Below the pieces are notes generated by a model, which was not told where the DNA came from, did not search any database, and was given only the letters and a program-made list of their open reading frames with translations. From NCBI GenBank assembly GCA_001113365.1, contig CKYA01000002.1: a stretch of DNA of 32,000 bases. One strand, given 5' to 3'. Every line of letters begins with the position of its first letter. Within the stretch, counting starts at the first letter, position 1. A program made the translations under genes and the position numbers. The stretch is from Streptococcus pneumoniae. Lineage in GTDB: Bacteria; Bacillota; Bacilli; Lactobacillales; Streptococcaceae. This document shows, one piece after another, positions 25,451 to 32,000 of the stretch.

Positions 25451-27340
25451 ATGAAAAAAACTTTTTTCTTACTAGTGTTTGGCTTGTTTTGCCTTCTGCC
25501 ATTTTCTGTTTTCGCCATTGATTTTAAGATAAACTCTTATCAAGGGGATTTGTATATTCATGCAGACAATACAGCAGAATTTAGACAGAAGATAGTTTAT
25601 CAGTTTGAGGAGGACTTTAAGGGCCAAATCGTGGGACTTGGACGTGCTGGCAAGATGCCTAGTGGATTTGACATTGATCCTCACCCAAAGGTTCAGGCTG
25701 CGAAAAACGGTGCTGAACTGACAGATGTTACTAGCGAAGTGACAGAAGGAGCAGATGGTTATACTGTTAAAGTTTATAATCCAGGTCAAGAAGGCGACAC
25801 AGTTGAAGTTGACCTTGTTTGGAACTTAAAGAATTTGCTTTTTCTATATGATGACATTGCTGAATTAAATTGGCAACCTTTAACAGACAGTTCAGAGTCT
25901 ATTAAAAAGTTTGAATTTCATGTAAGGGGGGACAAGGGGGCTGAGAAACTCTTTTTCCATACAGGGCAACTCTTTAGAGAGGGAACGGTTGAAAAGAGTA
26001 ACCTTGATTATACTATTCGTTTAGACGATCTTCCACCTAAGCGTGGAGTTGAATTGCATGCCTACTGGCCTCGGACCGATTTTGCTAATGCTACGGATCA
26101 GGGATTGAAAGGGAATCGTTTAGAAGAGTTTAATAAGATAGAAGACTCGATTGTTAAAGACAAAGAGCAAAGTAAACAACTCCTTACTTGGGTCTTCCCT
26201 TCGATACTTTCTATCTCCTTGTTATTGAGTGTCTGCTTTTATTTTATTTATAGAAGAAAGACCACTCCTTCGGTCAAATATGCCAAAAATCATCGTCTCT
26301 ATGAACCACCAATGGAATTAGAGCCTATGGTTTTATCAGAGGCTGTCTACTCGACCTCCTTGGAGGAAGTGAGTCCTCTAACAAAAGGAGCAGGTAAATT
26401 TACCTTTGATCAACTTATTCAAGCTACCTTGCTAGATGTGATAGACCGTGGGAATGTGTCTATTATTTCAGAAGGAGATGCAGTTGGTTTGAGGCTAGTA
26501 AAAGAAGATGGTTTGTCAAGCTTTGAGAGAGACTGTCTAAATCTGGCCTTTTCAGGCAAAAAAGAAGAAACTCTTTCCAACTTGTTTGCGGATTACAAGG
26601 TATCTGATAGTCTTTATCGTAGAGCAAAAGTCTCTGATGAAAAACGGATTCAAGCAAGGGGGCGTCAGCTCAAATCCTCTTTTGAAGAAGTATTGAACCA
26701 GATGCAAGAAGGAGTGAGAAGTCGAGTTTCCTTCTGGGGGCTTCCGGATTACTATCGTCCCTTAACTGGTGGGGAAAAGGCCTTGCAAGTGGGTATGGGT
26801 GCCTTGACTATCCTGCCCCTATTTATTGGATTTGGTTTGTTCTTGTACAGTTTGGATGTTTATGGCTATCTTTACCTCCTCTTGCCAATACTTGGTTTTC
26901 TAGGTTTGGTTTTGGCTGTTTTCTATTATTGGAAGCTTCGATTAGATAATCGTGATGGTGTCCTAAATGAAGCAGGAGCAGAAGTCTACTATCTCTGGAC
27001 CAGTTTTGAAAATATGTTGCGTGAGATTGCACGATTGGATCAGGCTGAATTGGAAAGTATTGTGGTTTGGAATCGCCTCTTGGTTTATGCAACCCTATTT
27101 GGCTATGCGGACAAGGTTAGTCATTTGATGAAGGTGCATCAGATTCAAGTGGAAAATCCAGATATCAACCTCTATGTAGCTTATGGCTGGCACAGTATGT
27201 TTTATCATTCAAGCGCGCAAATGAGCCATTATGCTAGTGTCGCAAATACAGCAAGTACCTACTCCGTATCTTCTGGAAGTGGAAGTTCTGGGGGTGGCTT
27301 CTCTGGAGGCGGAGGCGGTGGCAGTATAGGCGCCTTTTAA
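25451..27340 (+). CDS. DUF2207-family membrane protein
   Basis: About 629 aa. It has a signal peptide (MKKTFFLLVFGLFCLLPFSVFA), a large extracytoplasmic N-terminal domain, a TM segment, a cytoplasmic region, clustered TMs, and a Gly/Ser-rich tail (SGSGSSGGGFSGGGGGGSIGAF) typical of DUF2207. I prefer the ATG at 25451 (SD AAGGGGG 8 nt upstream) over the TTG at 25448. Confidence 0.8.
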   Translation: MKKTFFLLVFGLFCLLPFSVFAIDFKINSYQGDLYIHADNTAEFRQKIVYQFEEDFKGQIVGLGRAGKMPSGFDIDPHPKVQAAKNGAELTDVTSEVTEGADGYTVKVYNPGQEGDTVEVDLVWNLKNLLFLYDDIAELNWQPLTDSSESIKKFEFHVRGDKGAEKLFFHTGQLFREGTVEKSNLDYTIRLDDLPPKRGVELHAYWPRTDFANATDQGLKGNRLEEFNKIEDSIVKDKEQSKQLLTWVFPSILSISLLLSVCFYFIYRRKTTPSVKYAKNHRLYEPPMELEPMVLSEAVYSTSLEEVSPLTKGAGKFTFDQLIQATLLDVIDRGNVSIISEGDAVGLRLVKEDGLSSFERDCLNLAFSGKKEETLSNLFADYKVSDSLYRRAKVSDEKRIQARGRQLKSSFEEVLNQMQEGVRSRVSFWGLPDYYRPLTGGEKALQVGMGALTILPLFIGFGLFLYSLDVYGYLYLLLPILGFLGLVLAVFYYWKLRLDNRDGVLNEAGAEVYYLWTSFENMLREIARLDQAELESIVVWNRLLVYATLFGYADKVSHLMKVHQIQVENPDINLYVAYGWHSMFYHSSAQMSHYASVANTASTYSVSSGSGSSGGGFSGGGGGGSIGAF

Positions 27341-27367
27341 AGAGAACTGCCATAGACTGAAAAAGTA

Positions 27368-27376
27368 TGCTATAAT
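27368..27376 (+). promoter_or_regulatory. extended -10 promoter of uppP
   Basis: TGCTATAAT, 25 nt before the uppP ATG region (SD AAGGAG). Confidence 0.55.
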
Positions 27377-27401
27377 GGAAGATAGAAAAAAGGAGTAATC
27401 T

Positions 27402-28247
27402 ATGTATCTTATTGAAATTTTAAAATCTATCTTCTTCGGTATTGTTGAAGGAATTACGGAATGGTTGCCGATTTCCAGTACAGGTCACTTGATTTTAGCA
27501 GAGGAATTTATCCAATACCAAAATCAAAACGAAGCCTTTGTGTCCATGTTTAATGTCGTGATTCAGCTGGGTGCGATTTTAGCGGTTATGGTGATTTACT
27601 TTAATAAGCTCAATCCTTTCAAACCGACTAAGGACAAACAGGAAGTTCGTAAGACTTGGAGACTATGGTTGAAGGTCTTGATTGCGACCTTGCCTTTACT
27701 TGGTGTCTTTAAATTTGACGATTGGTTTGACACCCACTTCCATAACATGGTTTCAGTTGCCCTCATGTTGATTATCTACGGGATTGCCTTTATCTATTTG
27801 GAAAAGCGCAATAAAGCGCGTGCTATCGAACCAAGTGTAACAGAGTTGGACAAGCTTCCTTATACGACAGCTTTCTATATCGGACTCTTCCAAGTTCTTG
27901 CTCTTTTACCAGGAACTAGCCGTTCAGGTGCAACGATTGTCGGTGGTTTGTTAAATGGAACCAGTCGTTCTGTTGTGACAGAATTTACCTTCTATCTTGG
28001 AATTCCAGTTATGTTTGGAGCTAGCGCCTTAAAGATTTTCAAATTTGTGAAAGCAGGACAGCTCTTGAGTTTTGGGCAATTGTTCTTGCTCTTGGTTGCG
28101 ATGGGAGTAGCTTTTGCAGTCAGCATGGTGGCTATTCGTTTCTTGACAAGCTATGTGAAAAAACACGACTTTACCCTTTTCGGCAAATACCGCATCGTGC
28201 TTGGTAGTGTTTTGCTACTTTACAGTTTTGTCCGTTTATTTGTATAA
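27402..28247 (+). CDS. uppP: undecaprenyl-diphosphate phosphatase
   Basis: 281 aa BacA family with [15 protein letters not shown] and [13 protein letters not shown] motifs. Confidence 0.94.
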   Translation: MYLIEILKSIFFGIVEGITEWLPISSTGHLILAEEFIQYQNQNEAFVSMFNVVIQLGAILAVMVIYFNKLNPFKPTKDKQEVRKTWRLWLKVLIATLPLLGVFKFDDWFDTHFHNMVSVALMLIIYGIAFIYLEKRNKARAIEPSVTELDKLPYTTAFYIGLFQVLALLPGTSRSGATIVGGLLNGTSRSVVTEFTFYLGIPVMFGASALKIFKFVKAGQLLSFGQLFLLLVAMGVAFAVSMVAIRFLTSYVKKHDFTLFGKYRIVLGSVLLLYSFVRLFV

Positions 28248-28250
28248 GAA

Positions 28251-28282
28251 AAACCTTGAAGGGGCAGCTCTTCAAGGTTTTA
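28251..28282. terminator. bidirectional terminator shared by uppP and dinB
   Basis: AAACCTTGAAG-GGGCAGCT-CTTCAAGGTTTT. The dinB stop codon (28280-28282) lies in the T/A tail. Confidence 0.85.
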
Positions 28283-29341
28283 AAATCCAGTCACGGTAAT
28301 CCCCAGCAGGCGGACACCTCTTTCTTTCTCGCTTAACTCTTCATAGAGTTGCAGGGCTATTTGGCTTATCTGACTAGCATCCTGTGTTTTTTGAGCCAGA
28401 CTTTTTCGTTTGGTAAGAGTTGAAAAGTCCTCGTAGCGAATTTTCAGAATGACAATTTTTCCAGCTTTTTCTTGTTGACTGAGATTGAGAGCGACTCTTT
28501 CTGATAGGAGAGTCAGCTCTTTTTTGATGTCCTCCTCGGCACGGAGAATCTTTCCATAGGTTTTCTCCTTCCCAATTGATTTACGGATACGATTGGATTT
28601 GACTGGGGAATTGTGGATACCACGAGCCTTTCTATAAAGGTCATAGCCCAGTCTGCCAAAGCGGTCTATTAGGGTCACTTCAGGAACTTCAAGTAGGTCA
28701 GCGCCAGTAAAAACACCCATGTGATGAAGCCGTTCCACCGTCTTTTTTCCTACTCCATGAAACTTAGCCACGTCCATTTGTTTGAGAAAGTCCTCAGCCT
28801 GGTCAGGTAGAATTACTGTCAAACCATGTGGTTTTTGATAATCACTAGCCATCTTAGCTAAGAATTTGTTGTAGGAAACACCTGCGGAAGCAGTTAGATG
28901 GAGTTCTTGCCAGATATCCTCTTGAATGAGGCGAGCGATTTTGACCGCTGACTTGATACCAAGTTTATTTTCTGTCACATCCAAATAGGCTTCGTCAATG
29001 CTCATGGGTTCAATCAAATCTGTATAGCGCTTAAAAATAGCTCGAATCTGGAGTCCCACAGCCTTGTATTTCTCATAATTTCCTGAGATGAAGACGGCCT
29101 GGGGACAACGCTCATAGGCTTCCTTAGAGCTCATGGCAGAATGGACACCAAAAGCTCGTGCCTCATAGCTACAGGTAGAAACGACTCCCCGCCCACCTGT
29201 TTGCCGAGGGTCGCTTCCGATAATGACAGGTTTTCCTCTGAGTTTAGGATTATCCCTGATCTCCACTGCAGCAAAAAAGGCATCCATGTCAATATGGATG
29301 ATTTTTCTTGACAAATCATTTAATAAGGGGAAAATCAACAT
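28280..29341 (-). CDS. dinB: DNA polymerase IV (Y-family)
   Basis: The motifs [15 protein letters not shown] and SIDEAYLDV are present. I prefer the ATG at 29341 ([16 protein letters not shown] 8 nt upstream) over the GTG at 29350. Confidence 0.92.
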   Translation of the reverse strand: MLIFPLLNDLSRKIIHIDMDAFFAAVEIRDNPKLRGKPVIIGSDPRQTGGRGVVSTCSYEARAFGVHSAMSSKEAYERCPQAVFISGNYEKYKAVGLQIRAIFKRYTDLIEPMSIDEAYLDVTENKLGIKSAVKIARLIQEDIWQELHLTASAGVSYNKFLAKMASDYQKPHGLTVILPDQAEDFLKQMDVAKFHGVGKKTVERLHHMGVFTGADLLEVPEVTLIDRFGRLGYDLYRKARGIHNSPVKSNRIRKSIGKEKTYGKILRAEEDIKKELTLLSERVALNLSQQEKAGKIVILKIRYEDFSTLTKRKSLAQKTQDASQISQIALQLYEELSEKERGVRLLGITVTGF

Positions 29342-29373
29342 GCCTAGCACCTTTTTACAGCTTATTTTCTTTT

Positions 29374-29414
29374 ATTATACCCTTTTTTCTGAAAAAAGGA
29401 AAAAAGGGTATAAT
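29374..29414. repeat. 15-bp perfect inverted repeat carrying TATAAT on both strands
   Basis: ATTATACCCTTTTTT (29374-29388) and AAAAAAGGGTATAAT (29400-29414) are separated by CTGAAAAAAGG. AAAAAAGG occurs twice in tandem (29392-29399 and 29400-29407). Confidence 0.85.
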
Positions 29415-29496
29415 TTTTTCAAAAATATAATACAGTTTGGAGTAAAATATAGACTGTTTTAGAAAAGAAAGTGTAAAAATAGGGATTTTTCGCTTG

Positions 29497-29523
29497 TTGA
29501 AATCGGTTACTGTATGGTATACT
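29497..29523 (+). promoter_or_regulatory. pflB proximal promoter with overlapping cre (CcpA) site
   Basis: TTGAAA (29497-29502), a 15-nt spacer ending in TGG, then TATACT (29518-29523). The cre-like site TGAAATCGGTTACT (29498-29511) matches TGWAANCGNTNWCA at 13 of 14 positions. Confidence 0.6.
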
Positions 29524-29578
29524 TGACTCATGAATGTAACAGATGGTTGTTACTAGAAAGAAAAAAGAGGACATTAAC

Positions 29579-31903
29579 ATGGTTGTTAAAACAGTTGTTG
29601 AAGCACAAGATATTTTTGACAAAGCTTGGGAAGGCTTCAAAGGCGTAGATTGGAAAGAAAAAGCAAGTGTATCACGCTTCGTACAAGCTAACTACACACC
29701 TTACGATGGAGACGAAAGCTTCCTCGCAGGACCAACAGAACGTTCACTGCACATCAAAAAAATTGTAGAAGAAACGAAGGCTCACTACGAAGAAACTCGT
29801 TTCCCAATGGACACTCGTCCAACATCTATTGCTGACATTCCAGCAGGATTTATCGACAAAGAAAACGAAGTTATCTTCGGTATCCAAAACGATGAACTCT
29901 TCAAATTGAACTTCATGCCAAAAGGTGGTATCCGTATGGCTGAAACTACTTTGAAAGAAAATGGATACGAACCAGATCCAGCTGTTCACGAAATCTTTAC
30001 TAAATACGTAACAACAGTTAACGACGGTATCTTCCGTGCCTACACTTCAAATATCCGTCGCGCTCGTCACGCACACACTGTAACTGGTCTTCCAGATGCA
30101 TACTCACGCGGACGTATCATCGGTGTTTACGCACGTCTTGCTCTTTACGGTGCAGACTACTTGATGCAAGAAAAAGTAAACGACTGGAACGCAATCGAAG
30201 AAATCGATGAAGAAACAATCCGTCTTCGTGAAGAAATCAACCTTCAATACCAAGCATTGCAACAAGTTGTTCGCTTGGGTGACCTTTACGGAGTTGACGT
30301 TCGCAAACCAGCGATGAACGTTAAAGAAGCTATCCAATGGGTTAACATCGCCTTCATGTCTGTCTGCCGTGTTATCAACGGTGCTGCTACATCTCTAGGA
30401 CGTGTACCAATCGTATTGGACATCTTTGCAGAACGTGACCTTGCTCGTGGTACATTTACTGAATCAGAAATCCAAGAATTCGTTGATGATTTCGTTATGA
30501 AACTTCGTACAGTTAAATTTGCTCGTACAAAAGCTTACGACCAATTGTACTCAGGTGACCCAACTTTCATCACAACTTCTATGGCTGGTATGGGTAACGA
30601 CGGTCGTCACCGTGTTACTAAGATGGACTACCGTTTCTTGAACACTCTTGACAACATCGGTAACTCTCCAGAACCAAACTTGACAGTTCTTTGGACTGAT
30701 AAATTGCCATACAACTTCCGTCGCTACTGTATGCACATGAGCCACAAACACTCTTCTATCCAATACGAAGGTGTAACAACAATGGCTAAAGACGGATATG
30801 GTGAAATGAGCTGTATCTCATGCTGTGTGTCTCCACTTGACCCAGAAAATGAAGAGCAACGCCACAACATCCAGTACTTCGGTGCTCGTGTAAACGTATT
30901 GAAAGCCCTTCTTACTGGTTTGAACGGTGGTTACGACGATGTTCACAAAGACTACAAAGTATTTGACATCGAACCAATCCGTGACGAAGTTCTTGAATTT
31001 GAATCAGTTAAAGCTAACTTTGAAAAATCTCTTGACTGGTTGACTGACACTTATGTAGATGCTTTGAACATCATCCACTACATGACTGATAAGTACAACT
31101 ATGAAGCTGTTCAAATGGCCTTCTTGCCAACTAAACAACGTGCTAACATGGGATTCGGTATCTGTGGATTTGCTAACACTGTTGACACATTGTCAGCTAT
31201 TAAGTACGCTACAGTTAAACCAATCCGTGATGAAAATGGCTATATCTACGATTACGAAACAATCGGTGAATACCCACGTTGGGGTGAAGATGACCCACGT
31301 TCAAACGAATTGGCAGAATGGTTGATCGAAGCTTACACAACTCGTCTACGTAGCCACAAACTTTACAAAGACGCAGAAGCTACAGTATCACTTTTGACAA
31401 TCACATCTAACGTTGCTTACTCTAAACAAACTGGTAACTCACCAGTCCACAAAGGTGTATACCTCAACGAAGATGGTTCTGTGAACTTGTCTAAACTTGA
31501 ATTCTTCTCACCAGGTGCTAACCCATCTAACAAAGCTAAAGGTGGATGGTTGCAAAACTTGAATTCACTTTCTAGCCTTGACTTTAGTTATGCAGCTGAT
31601 GGTATCTCATTGACTACACAAGTATCACCTCGCGCTCTTGGTAAGACTCGTGACGAACAAGTTGATAACTTGGTAACAATCCTTGATGGTTACTTCGAAA
31701 ACGGTGGACAACACGTTAACTTGAATGTTATGGACTTGAACGATGTTTACGAAAAGATTATGTCAGGTGAAGACGTTATCGTACGTATCTCTGGATACTG
31801 TGTAAACACTAAATACCTCACTCCAGAACAAAAAACTGAATTGACACAACGTGTCTTCCACGAAGTTCTTTCAATGGATGATGCCTTGGATGCATTGAGC
31901 TAA
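29579..31903 (+). CDS. pflB: formate C-acetyltransferase (pyruvate formate-lyase)
   Basis: About 774 aa with the active-site CISCCVSP and the glycyl-radical motif VRISGYCV. I prefer the ATG at 29579 ([19 protein letters not shown]) over the upstream ATG at 29543. Confidence 0.95.
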   Translation: MVVKTVVEAQDIFDKAWEGFKGVDWKEKASVSRFVQANYTPYDGDESFLAGPTERSLHIKKIVEETKAHYEETRFPMDTRPTSIADIPAGFIDKENEVIFGIQNDELFKLNFMPKGGIRMAETTLKENGYEPDPAVHEIFTKYVTTVNDGIFRAYTSNIRRARHAHTVTGLPDAYSRGRIIGVYARLALYGADYLMQEKVNDWNAIEEIDEETIRLREEINLQYQALQQVVRLGDLYGVDVRKPAMNVKEAIQWVNIAFMSVCRVINGAATSLGRVPIVLDIFAERDLARGTFTESEIQEFVDDFVMKLRTVKFARTKAYDQLYSGDPTFITTSMAGMGNDGRHRVTKMDYRFLNTLDNIGNSPEPNLTVLWTDKLPYNFRRYCMHMSHKHSSIQYEGVTTMAKDGYGEMSCISCCVSPLDPENEEQRHNIQYFGARVNVLKALLTGLNGGYDDVHKDYKVFDIEPIRDEVLEFESVKANFEKSLDWLTDTYVDALNIIHYMTDKYNYEAVQMAFLPTKQRANMGFGICGFANTVDTLSAIKYATVKPIRDENGYIYDYETIGEYPRWGEDDPRSNELAEWLIEAYTTRLRSHKLYKDAEATVSLLTITSNVAYSKQTGNSPVHKGVYLNEDGSVNLSKLEFFSPGANPSNKAKGGWLQNLNSLSSLDFSYAADGISLTTQVSPRALGKTRDEQVDNLVTILDGYFENGGQHVNLNVMDLNDVYEKIMSGEDVIVRISGYCVNTKYLTPEQKTELTQRVFHEVLSMDDALDALS

Positions 31904-31927
31904 TCAAGTTCTTGAATAATAAAAAGG

Positions 31928-31956
31928 AACCCTCGGTCAATCGACCGAGGGTTTTG
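31928..31956 (+). terminator. pflB terminator
   Basis: Perfect 11-bp stem AACCCTCGGTC / GACCGAGGGTT, loop AATC, then TTTG. Confidence 0.88.
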
Positions 31957-32000
31957 TGCTTGGGATAGTGTGAGCAATTCCTTCGGCGCAATATGCAATG

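Noticed and set aside
29374-29420. The dinB/pflB palindrome as an ordinary rho-independent terminator
   Set aside because: No co-directional gene ends upstream of it on the + strand, and on the minus strand it lacks a T-run. It lies in a divergent promoter region.
29543-29578. N-terminal extension of pflB ([12 protein letters not shown]...)
   Set aside because: The SD AAGAGGA sits inside this extension and serves the ATG at 29579. The conserved PFL N-terminus begins at [10 protein letters not shown], and no SD precedes 29543.

Overview
This is a chromosomal, largely core-genome window from a Mitis-group Streptococcus (S. pneumoniae / S. mitis / S. oralis-like). The assignment rests on a BOX repeat, pervasive extended -10 promoters (TGnTAnAAT) and the gene order. 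That order is fabF'-accB-fabZ-accC-accD-accA (+), nusB-asp23-efp (-), a Zn-alcohol/butanediol dehydrogenase (-), gatCAB (-), prfC (+), a decayed islet (GT8 pseudogene plus IS remnant), rpmB (+), asp23-DAK2 (+), ilvB-ilvN-ilvC-orf118-ilvA (+), a small HTH-like ORF (+), glnQ-glnPH (-), a DUF2207 membrane protein (+), uppP (+), dinB (-) and pflB (+). I recognised no rRNA, tRNA, CRISPR array, prophage or multi-gene defence or biosynthetic island, and most of the window is ordinary housekeeping DNA. Four places deserve a second look. (1) The gatC-prfC gap holds a type I toxin-antitoxin-like module: a 33-aa holin-like hydrophobic peptide with its own promoter and SD, plus a convergent antisense transcription unit with a near-consensus promoter and shared hairpins. 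(2) The 760-bp ORF-poor gap after ilvA carries several near-consensus promoters, small ORFs missing from the >=60-aa track, and a small HTH-like gene whose -10 box lies inside a palindrome. (3) The prfC-rpmB interval is a decayed accessory islet whose IS end abuts the rpmB promoter. (4) A 15-bp perfect palindrome between dinB and pflB places mirrored TATAAT boxes on both strands. All functional calls come from reading motifs by eye; no database search was possible.
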